Shown: positions 51,790 through 60,396 of the stretch, one piece after another
Numbering within the stretch: the first letter of the stretch is position 1
Layout of the letters: every line of letters begins with the position of its first letter
Notes under the pieces: generated by a model
Seen by the model: only the letters and a program-made list of their open reading frames with translations
Told to the model about the DNA's origin: nothing
Database searches by the model: none
Assembly (NCBI GenBank): GCA_016787925.1
Contig: JAEUSK010000175.1
Coordinates: 1-60,396 of the forward strand
Direction: 5' to 3'
DNA: 60,396 nt
Source: a bacterium
GTDB taxonomy: Bacteria > CLD3 > SB21
Program-made: the position numbers and the translations under genes

Positions 51790-53229
51790 ATGGAGATAGA
51801 ATCGGTGAATAAGATTTTCTCTGAAATATCAATGGATTTGAAAAATGAAAAGACAACCTGTAAAGCGTTAATTGACAGTTATTTGCAAAATATTGAAAAG
51901 CAAAAGGAATTAAACGCATTTATTACGGTCTTCGATAAAGAAAAGTTGGCGAAACGTGCCGAACAAGTGGATTCAAAGATTAATTCCAAGTCTGCCGGCA
52001 AATTAGCCGGGCTGGTTGTTGCTGTGAAGGATGCTATTGTAGTAAAAGATGAACGCAGCACATCCGGTTCAAGAATTTTAGAAAACTATATTTCTCCTTA
52101 TAATGCAACCGTGATCGAGCGGTTAGAAAATGAAGACGCTATCATCATTGGCAAAGCAAACATGGATGAATTTGCTATGGGTTCGTCCAATGAAAACTCT
52201 GCTTATGGGAACGTCTTGAATCCGATAGATACGTCGCGTGTTCCAGGCGGTTCCAGCGGCGGAAGTGTAGTTGCAGTTGCTGCGGACATGAGCACGGTTG
52301 CCTTGGGTTCGGAAACAGGCGGTTCTGTGCGTTTACCGGCAAGCTTTTGCGGTGTTGTGGGTTTAAAACCAACTTATGGAAGAATATCGCGTTATGGTTT
52401 ATCTGCTTTTGCATCCTCATTTGATCAGATCGGGCCGATTGGAAATAATGTTGAAGATACAGCGCTATTGACGGAAGTTATTGCCGGTTTGGATTCACGC
52501 GATTCCACCAGCGCCAATGTGCCGGTCCCCCCTTTTACGGATCAAATTACCAAGGGCGTCAAAGGACTGCGCATTGGAATTCCGAAAGAATATTTTGGTA
52601 AGGGCCTTGACCCGGAGATCGAAAGCAGTATACGATCGGCGATGGACAAATTATCTAATGATGGAGCAGAAATTGTCGACGTTTCACTTCCAAATACTGA
52701 ATATGGGATTGCAACTTATTATATTCTCGTAACCGCTGAGGCGTCTTCTAATCTGGCGCGCTATGACGGAATTCGTTATACGCATCGCAGCCGTGAAGCC
52801 AAAACCATCGCTGAGACGTTTGTCAAAAGCCGGAGTGAAGCTTTTGGGGAAGAAGTCAAGCGGCGTATCATGTTGGGAACGTATGTGTTAAGCGCCGGAT
52901 ATTACGAAGCCTACTACAAAAAAGCGCAGAAAGCACGAACGCTCATCAAGAGGGACTTTGTAGACGTATTTTCTAATAGAATTGATTGCCTGCTTGCGCC
53001 GACGTCACCAACGGTGGCATTTAAGTTTGGTGAAAAAACTAAAGATCCCCTATCCATGTACCTGTCGGACGTTTATACCGTGAATATTAATATCGCGGGT
53101 AACCCTGCTCTCAGCGTACCCTGCGGAAAAAATTCAGAAAACATGCCGATAGGCATTCAGGTTATCGCTAAGGACTTTGATGAAGCCATGTGTTTCCGCG
53201 TCGGCCATGCAATTGAAAAATTAGTCTAA
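51790..53229 (+). CDS. gatA: Glu-tRNA(Gln)/Asp-tRNA(Asn) amidotransferase subunit A
   Basis: MDEFAMGSS, PGGSSGGS, SETGGSVR, SSNLARYDG, EVKRRIMLGTYVLSAGYY. Confidence 0.96.
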   Translation: MEIESVNKIFSEISMDLKNEKTTCKALIDSYLQNIEKQKELNAFITVFDKEKLAKRAEQVDSKINSKSAGKLAGLVVAVKDAIVVKDERSTSGSRILENYISPYNATVIERLENEDAIIIGKANMDEFAMGSSNENSAYGNVLNPIDTSRVPGGSSGGSVVAVAADMSTVALGSETGGSVRLPASFCGVVGLKPTYGRISRYGLSAFASSFDQIGPIGNNVEDTALLTEVIAGLDSRDSTSANVPVPPFTDQITKGVKGLRIGIPKEYFGKGLDPEIESSIRSAMDKLSNDGAEIVDVSLPNTEYGIATYYILVTAEASSNLARYDGIRYTHRSREAKTIAETFVKSRSEAFGEEVKRRIMLGTYVLSAGYYEAYYKKAQKARTLIKRDFVDVFSNRIDCLLAPTSPTVAFKFGEKTKDPLSMYLSDVYTVNINIAGNPALSVPCGKNSENMPIGIQVIAKDFDEAMCFRVGHAIEKLV

Positions 53230-53239
53230 AAGAATATTT

Positions 53240-54499
53240 TTGTTCTCCCGGTATCTATTACCAAGTTTAAACTTCTATCCATCTGTGAAATCAATCTTAT
53301 TTATTTCGTTTTTTTGTATCGTTTCATATTCATGTTCTTCTAAAGTTCCAGCGAACGATAGAACAGTCATAACCTGGTGGCAATTTTGGGCGGAGCCTTA
53401 TCAAAAGCCGGTTGTGAAACAACTGATAGATGAATTCGAAAAACTTCATCCCCGCATTAAAATTGAGATGACCGAATTAACCTGGTCCGGCGGGCATGAC
53501 AAAATCGTAGCTGCATTTGCCTCAGGACGCGCCCCGGATGTACTTGAATTAGGCTCCGACTGGGTCTATGAATTTGCTTCGCGTGGTGTTTTAGCGGAGG
53601 TCAGTTCAGAAGCGATCAAGATTAAAAATGATTTCTTAGGATGGGAATCCTGCCAGGAAGGCTCACAAATCTTTGGTTTTCCGTGGATGCTGGGTTCGCG
53701 CGTCATCTTCTACAACAAAGACTTAGTTAAGAACGATAGCATTCGCACGTGGGATGAATTTCTTACTGAAGCAAAAAAGGTGCATCAGCCTGAACGCGGG
53801 ACGTACGGATTTGGTAATACAAAAAAGGAACCCCATCAGTTATATAAGAAAGTCCTGCCCTTTTTTTGGACCAATGGCGGCGATGTATTGTCACTGGATA
53901 AGAAGGCCTCGGTCATTAATTCTCCTGAGAATATAGAAGCCCTCGAATATTATTTAGAGTTATGCAAATATGGGTTATTGGAAAATCAAAAAAATCTAGA
54001 TGATAAATTTGTCGAAGGACATATCGGATTTGTTTTTTCGGGTGGCTGGCTGATAAAAAAAATAATCGATCAGAACCCGGGGCTGAATTACAGCGTAATA
54101 ATGTTTCCAAAAAACAAAAATGAAAAACAACCTTTTTCGTTTCTTGGCGGTGAATACCTTGTTATTAACAAACAATCTGCAAAAAAAGATAGTGCCATCG
54201 AATTCATCCGGTTCCTGACAAAGAAGGAAAACGCATTAAAGCTCTGTTCTATATCCAAAGTAACGCTGCCGGCGGCTAAATCTGCCGGTAATGATCCCTA
54301 TTACGAGGATAAACCCATTGAAAGCATTCTTTTTGAGCAGCTGCGCTTGTCCCGCCCATCCCCTATTCATTCCCAATGGGTAAAAATAGAACACGTGATT
54401 GAGGATGAATTAGAATACGCGATTTACAAAAAGAAAACGGCTAAACAGTCTTTAGATGATGCCCATCAACGATTACAAACTATTTTGGCGCTACCATGA
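53240..54499 (+). CDS. Extracellular solute-binding lipoprotein (sugar ABC family 1)
   Basis: Lipobox-like SYSC, ITWWQFW, APDVLE, FYNKDL. Confidence 0.85.
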   Translation: MFSRYLLPSLNFYPSVKSILFISFFCIVSYSCSSKVPANDRTVITWWQFWAEPYQKPVVKQLIDEFEKLHPRIKIEMTELTWSGGHDKIVAAFASGRAPDVLELGSDWVYEFASRGVLAEVSSEAIKIKNDFLGWESCQEGSQIFGFPWMLGSRVIFYNKDLVKNDSIRTWDEFLTEAKKVHQPERGTYGFGNTKKEPHQLYKKVLPFFWTNGGDVLSLDKKASVINSPENIEALEYYLELCKYGLLENQKNLDDKFVEGHIGFVFSGGWLIKKIIDQNPGLNYSVIMFPKNKNEKQPFSFLGGEYLVINKQSAKKDSAIEFIRFLTKKENALKLCSISKVTLPAAKSAGNDPYYEDKPIESILFEQLRLSRPSPIHSQWVKIEHVIEDELEYAIYKKKTAKQSLDDAHQRLQTILALP

Positions 54500-56208
54500 A
54501 AATTATGTTCAAGTATTGTGTTGTGCTTGGAATGTTGTTCTCCAATGCCACCGTTTTTCTGTATTCCCAGATCAAGAAAGACGTAGAAAAAATATACTAC
54601 CAGCTTAACTACAGGCCGGGAGACTGGATTACGTTCTCCGCAAACCGGTACAGCACGTCGGTTGCGGTCAGTTATAAGATTGCTTATATCGGAACATTAG
54701 GTGGTGTCCTTCGCTATGATTTTATAAAAAAACAATTTGATTATCCGTTGACCACGAGCAACGGTTTAATGGATAATTACGTTAAAGTTGTCGCAGTTGA
54801 AAAGCAAAACGACTTTCTTTGGGTTGCGACAAGGGACGGCCTGCAAATATACAACCCGGTATCTCAACAATTTACGACGGCGACGTATTTTCAGATCGGC
54901 ATTCATTTGGATGAGGAAATTCACTCCATTGGGTTTGAAGGCAACAAGATTTGGCTCCAAACTAATAAAGGATATTTATCCTCCGGTAATTCATTATTCG
55001 GCTTTACAAGAGAACAAGAGTCCGAAACTGCCGTAGTCCTCTGGTACGGTTTGCGCGCGTCGCCGCAGGGCAAATTACCGCATATTTTTACAAACACCGA
55101 AACCGGTTTTCAATTTGACGACCACGAGAGAGCCTTTACGGACAACGAATTTCGTAAATTTCCTGTGACCTCATCCATATACGATCATCTCGGAAATTTA
55201 TGGCTAACAACCTATGGCGCCGGCGTCTGGAAGGCAAACAGCGTTTCCTATTTAGCAGAACCCCTGAACTATGGGCTTGCAATGCAGGATGTGTCTGCAA
55301 TGTGTTTTGACGATGTAACCATGTGGACCGGCGGAAACATTCGTTCACCAAATGACCGCGCCTATTCCACCCCGGTCTCCGGGATCACGGAATGGAATCA
55401 GGAAAAGGATGTTTTTAAATATTACGACTCCGGCTTCAAGTCGGGCCTGAGGCTTCAAAATGTAAACTGCATGATTAGTGATAATGAAAATGTGTGGATC
55501 GGAACTGATGAAGGCTTAGTCCAGCGAATAAAAAAAATGGAATATTGGACAACCTATAGTGCCTACAGCGGTTTGTATCACCCGTCAGTATACTCAATTG
55601 CACTGGATGGGAGAAGCCTCTATATCGGAACGCAGCAAGGTTTAAACATAGCCAGGCCAAAGCAAAAAGAATATGCGATCTCCAAAATTGAAATTCCCGA
55701 ATTATTTAACGTCACAATCTATAAAATATTGGTCACCAATAAGACCATGTGGCTCGGCACAAGTAACGGGATTTACGCTGTGTCGTTATCCGACAACACA
55801 TTCTCTCATTTTAACGCAGTAGGATTTAAAGTTAGTTCCTCCCAGTTTCTGGACCAGCAGATTAGGGGACTTACGGAAGATTCGACGTATATATATTTCG
55901 CATCTGAATTAAGCGTTATCAGGTATCATAAAACGAAACTGATTTGGGAGTCCATTCCCGTCAATACTCAATACTTAATACCCGGCGTTAATGATGCCGT
56001 TTGCGATGAAAATAATATATGGATCGGGACGAATAACGGTGTTCTCCGATACATCAAACGTAAGCAAAAGTGGATCTACTATGGGACCCAAGACGGATTA
56101 GCCGGCGGACGCGTAAAGAAAATACTGATTGACGGCGATTATGTATGGTTTGGCACGAACAAGGGATTAACTCAGTTTTTCTGGAATGCTCCGCACCTTA
56201 TCGAGTGA
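54496..56208 (+). CDS. Secreted beta-propeller (Reg_prop-like repeats) protein
   Basis: Signal peptide; repeated W.GT..GL blades; ATGA overlap with the solute-binding protein gene. Confidence 0.72.
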   Translation: MKIMFKYCVVLGMLFSNATVFLYSQIKKDVEKIYYQLNYRPGDWITFSANRYSTSVAVSYKIAYIGTLGGVLRYDFIKKQFDYPLTTSNGLMDNYVKVVAVEKQNDFLWVATRDGLQIYNPVSQQFTTATYFQIGIHLDEEIHSIGFEGNKIWLQTNKGYLSSGNSLFGFTREQESETAVVLWYGLRASPQGKLPHIFTNTETGFQFDDHERAFTDNEFRKFPVTSSIYDHLGNLWLTTYGAGVWKANSVSYLAEPLNYGLAMQDVSAMCFDDVTMWTGGNIRSPNDRAYSTPVSGITEWNQEKDVFKYYDSGFKSGLRLQNVNCMISDNENVWIGTDEGLVQRIKKMEYWTTYSAYSGLYHPSVYSIALDGRSLYIGTQQGLNIARPKQKEYAISKIEIPELFNVTIYKILVTNKTMWLGTSNGIYAVSLSDNTFSHFNAVGFKVSSSQFLDQQIRGLTEDSTYIYFASELSVIRYHKTKLIWESIPVNTQYLIPGVNDAVCDENNIWIGTNNGVLRYIKRKQKWIYYGTQDGLAGGRVKKILIDGDYVWFGTNKGLTQFFWNAPHLIE

Positions 56209-56293
56209 ACTTCAGCAATAATTTTTCTCCTAAATATTTAAATGGATTATTCCTGAAGCTCACCTGATTTGGCTATAAGGTGGTTCTATGATT

Positions 56294-56653
56294 TTACTGG
56301 CAGCATGCATCCAATTCGTCATATGCTTTTTTATCACGTTTTACTTCATTGGCATCATAACCGGATTTTGAAATTGCTGTTTCCAGATCTGTTACTTTCA
56401 CTTTTGACGGGTCGTATTTAACAACAGCCATTTTAGTTTTTTTGTCAACATTGACTTCTTCCACGCCTTTCAATTCTTTGAGCGCTTTCGTTACCGTTTT
56501 TACACAGGACCCGCACTTAATTGTCGGAACATTGATAGTTACCATTTTCGAAATACTATCAGTTTCGGTTGCTTGTGTTTGCTGTGCCCAAGCTTTTACA
56601 TTCAGACATAAAGTTAACGTTACAATCATTGAAAAGGTCATCATCGTTTTCAT
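56294..56653 (-). CDS. Secreted heavy-metal-associated (HMA) domain protein
   Basis: Signal peptide, IKCGSC metal motif, C-terminal DACCQ. Confidence 0.87.
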   Translation of the reverse strand: MKTMMTFSMIVTLTLCLNVKAWAQQTQATETDSISKMVTINVPTIKCGSCVKTVTKALKELKGVEEVNVDKKTKMAVVKYDPSKVKVTDLETAISKSGYDANEVKRDKKAYDELDACCQ

Positions 56654-56940
56654 AAATCGATCCTTAGTTTAATTAATGAAATTTAAGTTAAAGTTAATTT
56701 AAAAAATTATTTAAAAAATATTCAAGCTACCTCTTTTTCATGTTATGTGGACAATAAACACAGCCAAAGATTTCTTCCGGCTATTCTTCGGCTATATCTC
56801 CATCCTGCACATCTCCACTTACGATTTGAGCTGAAGCTGTGTTGGAATCCAATAGTTTTGTAATTAACACGAGACCCACCATCTTTCTGGAATGATGCGT
56901 TTCTCCCATATCATGACCGCCATGTCCGCTCCTAATTTTA

Positions 56941-57519
56941 TTATTTGTTCATTTTCATTATATTGTTACCCGTAGTAAAATTAATCATCATATCACCGTA
57001 CATCATACCGCCGGCATTACCCATCATTCCATGATTGTCGTTCGACATCATTCCGTCCCCATCCATCATGCCTGTCATTACCATCATTTCTCGCCCCATG
57101 TGCATTTGGTATTGCGCACCGGGCATCATAAGAGAATCCGGATCGAACGTGCACTGTGTCGAATCAGAATTCCACATGAAGGTACCGTGCATAGTATTGC
57201 TATCCATCATTCTCATCATGTCGTTATAAATCGTCGCTGAATCGTTGTGGGTCATCATCCCCATCATTCCCATAGAAGCCATTATAGAATCTGCAATGCC
57301 TTGCATTTTTTGCGTCGTCATCATGTGAAAATTCTTTTGAACAACCGAACGCACCAGCGGTGTATCAAAATTCAGTACGACATTTTTATTCAAGGCAACA
57401 TTGGTTTCGCCGTCGTTGGGACTAATCCTGAGCGCCTGCATCATATCGTCGTTATCGTTGCAACTCATTACCCACAGCAAACCAATAATTGCCACCGTTG
57501 AGATTTTCATCGTTTTCAT
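56941..57519 (-). CDS. Methionine-rich Ig-like (Big_5/SbsA-type) lipoprotein
   Basis: ATG 57519 after GAGGA; lipobox VMSC; SPNDGETNV..VVLNFD..GTF.W....CTFDP..L.PGAQY...INFTTG; about 20% Met by hand count. Confidence 0.75.
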   Translation of the reverse strand: MKTMKISTVAIIGLLWVMSCNDNDDMMQALRISPNDGETNVALNKNVVLNFDTPLVRSVVQKNFHMMTTQKMQGIADSIMASMGMMGMMTHNDSATIYNDMMRMMDSNTMHGTFMWNSDSTQCTFDPDSLMMPGAQYQMHMGREMMVMTGMMDGDGMMSNDNHGMMGNAGGMMYGDMMINFTTGNNIMKMNK

Positions 57520-57609
57520 AAAATAATCCTCTTTTGTTTTTTTTGAATATGGAAAACACACGTCTGCAAATTACTTTTTAAGACGCAATAATATCAATTT
57601 GAAGTCGTA

Positions 57610-58179
57610 TTAGTTATAATTACGTCCGATCATAAAGACCATCATCACCGCCATAACTGCAACGCCCAAAATAATCATGGGCGTCATAGAGCGACCGTCG
57701 TGGCCTTCTTTTATGTGCGTGACCTCCGTGGTCATAGCCAAAACAAGCGGATCAGAATTTTCAGAACGAGAAATCAGCGCTGTGATACGAATGGAGCCAT
57801 GATCCTCAAAGCGACGTTTTAGGCTATACGTACCCTTTTTTGACGTCTCCACAACTGCCAGTTCTTTACCTCCGGACGAACCGTGATTCTGGTGATCCTT
57901 CATGTTCTGTTCAGCATCAAATTGTAAAGTAATCTGAGCTCCTGATAAGTCCATTCCATGGCGGTCATAGACATTCACTACGATTTCCGACTCCTTCCCC
58001 ATGGCGAGGGTTGGCACAGTCAAAATAGCTTTTACATCGTTATTTTGTGCTTCGACAGAACGGCTCTGCTGCGTTCCGTGGTTGGAAGGCGAGTCGTGCT
58101 CCATACCCCCCATTCCCATCATCATGCAGCCATTTAATGTTAATGCTGCGCTGATGATCAATACCAAATACTTCTTCAT
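57610..58179 (-). CDS. YtkA/FixH-like lipoprotein with Met/His-rich segments and C-terminal TM
   Basis: Lipobox LNGC, CMMMGMGGMEH, beta-rich core (GAQITL..KGTY), C-terminal hydrophobic helix. Confidence 0.6.
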   Translation of the reverse strand: MKKYLVLIISAALTLNGCMMMGMGGMEHDSPSNHGTQQSRSVEAQNNDVKAILTVPTLAMGKESEIVVNVYDRHGMDLSGAQITLQFDAEQNMKDHQNHGSSGGKELAVVETSKKGTYSLKRRFEDHGSIRITALISRSENSDPLVLAMTTEVTHIKEGHDGRSMTPMIILGVAVMAVMMVFMIGRNYN

Positions 58180-58208
58180 GTTCGTTTTCTTTCTTTTTGA
58201 GTAATTAA

Positions 58209-58728
58209 TCAGTGTTTATGTTCGTGTTCGTCATGGTGCACTTCAGTTCGTGCAGAGTCTTTTTTACTTTCTTGAACGGGTTGCTCACTCTTCTTGTTTT
58301 CATGAGGCTTCAGTGCTTGTATACTTGTTCCGATTCCGAACCTGTAGACAAGTTCACCGCCTAAGTAGGAACCGTAAGTCATGAATCCGGCGCAGATGAG
58401 AGCTAACATTAATCTTAGTAATTGAATTCTTTTTTTTGACAAACAATATTAGTAATACAATGAAAACAGAACTGCCCGTTGCAATCAATTGAAATAGTTT
58501 ATGATCTTGCATAATGTGATGCGCCTCCTCGCTGTGCGGGACACTGTTTTCTGCTAAAAGTCCAGTGATAGCAGATGCAACAAATGCAATAGCGCTGAGA
58601 ATAAATAGATTGGAAGCCGTATTCTCTAAAGCTTCGTTTTTTCGAACAAAAGAAACCAACTCAAAAACCACCGCTGTTAGAAATAAAGCGATAGGAAAGT
58701 GAATTAACATAGGATGAATGTTTTGCAT
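58209..58728 (-). pseudogene. DUF2231 family membrane protein split by a frameshift at an A8 run (58430-58437)
   Basis: N-part HPMLIHFPIAL..AITGLLA..H..H and C-part GSYLGGELVYRFGIG plus His-rich tail lie in different frames; one fewer A fuses them. Confidence 0.75.
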
Positions 58729-58801
58729 AAATGTTCTTCTGTTTAAATTATCAGAAATGTTGATTTATTTAATTTTTGTAACTAGGAGCTTATATAATTG
58801 T

Positions 58802-58867
58802 TCCCCGCGGATGCCGCTGATTTACGCGAATAAAACTTTCTGCGCATATCTGCGCAATTCTGCGGGA
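58802..58867. repeat. REP-like imperfect palindrome with 10-bp periodic TCTGCG units
   Basis: CGCGGA/CGCTGA/CGCGAA facing TCTGCG x3 (58839, 58849, 58859). Confidence 0.5.
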
Positions 58868-58979
58868 GATGAATTCATAGTTTATTCACCTTCCTGATAA
58901 CGTCTTTTGTAATGTTATCATAAATGTAGCGAAGCCACATTCCGCAATTTTCCATCCTAATCTTCATCTCACTTGCTGT

Positions 58980-60275
58980 TCAGTGTTTGTGTGCTTCACT
59001 TTCTTTTAGCTCCTTTTTTGGTTCCTTGATAACCTCTTCCATTTTCATTCCTTCATGTTGATGCCCCGTAGTCTTTCCGCTGCGAAGCTGGCTTTCAGAG
59101 TCAATCAAGAATCCGCCAGTCACGGCTACTTCATCGCCTTCTTTCAGTCCGGATAACACTTGATATTTTCCGTTATTCTTAATTCCCAAATTCACTTCTT
59201 TGGACTCGAAATGGTCTTCTGCCGTTTTCACCCAAACAATCTGACGTTTTCCTGTAAACAAAACCGCGTCTTGAGAAATCACAAGTTGTTTTCCAAGATC
59301 TTTTTTGATGATAATCTCGCCATACATCTGCGGGCTGAGTTTATGGTTCATATTAGAAAATTCAGAACGAACCTTTACCGTACGCGTTTGCGAGTTAACC
59401 ACAGGATATATCAAACTCACAGTGCCGTCAAACGTATCATCCGGATATGCCGGAAGGCGAAGCTTGACCTTGTTGCCAACTTTAATCAAAGACAAATCTT
59501 TTTCATAAACTTCAGCAATACCCCATAAGGTGGACATATCGGCGATTTCGTAAAGAAGCGTGCCTTCATTTACATACGCTCCCTCCTGAATCTTTTTTTC
59601 AATAACCGTTCCGCTAATAGGCGAATAATAGGTCATAGTGTATTGCAGCACACGAGTAGAATCAAGGGTCGCAATTTGTTCATGCGTCAACCCATATAAT
59701 TCAAGCCGCTTTCGTGAAGATTTGACTAAAATGTTAGTATTGGCAGCATCATTCAATGATGCTTTGCGTATCGATGCTGTATTTTCAAGTGCAATGAGAT
59801 ATTCGTTCTGCGCTTCAAGCAAATCCGGGCTATAAATCTCAAATAACGGTTGTCCTCGGCTTACGTAGTCGCCTGTCTTATCGACTAGTAGTTTTTCAAT
59901 CCGACCGTTAAATCTTGCAGAAATAAACCTTCTATTCGGTTCTGCAAAGTCGAGATAACTATAGGACACGAGTTCTTTTGAAAACTGTTCCTTTTGAATT
60001 TTGACTGTAGAGACGTTTGCCATAACTTGTTTTTGCACAGTCAGGTTAATCATTCCTGGCATGTCTTCCATAGTCGCCTTTTTCTCATCAACCTTTTTTA
60101 CAAGATCCATGTTGCATATCGGGCAGACGCCGGGCTTTTCTGAGGTAACTTCGGGATGCATCGGGCAATAATAGACTTCTTTTGTATTCTCTTTTGCATC
60201 ACCAGTCGACTCCTTATTTGAACAGCCGTCAATCCCGAACATTATCAGTATTGATAAAGCCAAAATATATTTCAT
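58980..60275 (-). CDS. cusB: Heavy-metal efflux RND periplasmic adaptor (CusB-like)
   Basis: YYCPMHP..PGVCPICNMDLV, YSPDLLEAQNEY, IYP.V..QTRTVKVR, FLIDSES; ATG 60275 after AAGGAGG. Confidence 0.88.
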   Translation of the reverse strand: MKYILALSILIMFGIDGCSNKESTGDAKENTKEVYYCPMHPEVTSEKPGVCPICNMDLVKKVDEKKATMEDMPGMINLTVQKQVMANVSTVKIQKEQFSKELVSYSYLDFAEPNRRFISARFNGRIEKLLVDKTGDYVSRGQPLFEIYSPDLLEAQNEYLIALENTASIRKASLNDAANTNILVKSSRKRLELYGLTHEQIATLDSTRVLQYTMTYYSPISGTVIEKKIQEGAYVNEGTLLYEIADMSTLWGIAEVYEKDLSLIKVGNKVKLRLPAYPDDTFDGTVSLIYPVVNSQTRTVKVRSEFSNMNHKLSPQMYGEIIIKKDLGKQLVISQDAVLFTGKRQIVWVKTAEDHFESKEVNLGIKNNGKYQVLSGLKEGDEVAVTGGFLIDSESQLRSGKTTGHQHEGMKMEEVIKEPKKELKESEAHKH

Positions 60276-60396
60276 ATAAACTACCTCCTTAAAATGATCC
60301 ATTCATCAAGCGTAAATTCTTTATCCTTCTCTCATCCAATCCGCCATTTTGGATTTCTCGAGTATTCCTTTTTTTAGTGCGCGTTCCTTCATAATG

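Noticed and set aside
58428-58440. A_AAA_AAG as a programmed -1 frameshift in DUF2231
   Set aside because: A -1 shift reaches a stop within a few codons; rejoining the halves needs +1 (loss of one A).
60303-60396. 3' end of an upstream gene (tolC-like?)
   Set aside because: More than one minus-strand frame is open for about 20-24 codons and none is recognisable; too short to call.
1-60396. CRISPR arrays, rRNA, IS/transposases, prophage or defence genes
   Set aside because: No regularly spaced repeats or matching ORFs seen; nearly all sequence is explained by the listed genes.

Overview
A 60.4 kb stretch of AT-leaning bacterial chromosome, densely coding and mostly housekeeping. SecA insertions, a GWxTD protein, the purB-purC-psd-pssA order and a secreted HMA protein suggest an FCB-superphylum lineage (inference). 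From left to right: (1) an SOS mutagenesis cassette, lexA-hypothetical-dinB-dnaE2, with dnaE2 running off the left edge. It is divergent from a SRAP gene, and a perfect palindrome, TACCATACA-AA-TGTATGGTA, fills the spacer of the lexA promoter. (2) A GWxTD-hyp-ribH-recN-selD-DUF1684 run in which selD has an in-frame UGA (selenocysteine) and an fdhF-like SECIS hairpin. (3) mtnA-TPR-purB-purC(degenerate)-psd-pssA. (4) dcd, two signalling proteins and tyrS; mutY; VanW; nth-DUF4390-like-NtrY-like kinase-EVE. (5) A protein quality-control cluster, dnaK-FmdB-htpX-dnaJ-degP-lon-ftsH, behind a sigma54-type promoter, followed by an ABC permease, a phosphoesterase, secA and an intact purC. (6) A PLD protein, apgM-sixA-ppx, tRNA-Gln(CUG), tatA, a HAD hydrolase, gatA, a solute-binding protein and a beta-propeller protein. 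(7) A copper/heavy-metal cluster: CusB-like adaptor, frameshifted DUF2231, YtkA-like lipoprotein, a very Met-rich Ig-like lipoprotein and a secreted HMA protein. No CRISPR array, rRNA, transposase or integrase was seen. All family calls come from recognising motifs by eye, not from database searches.
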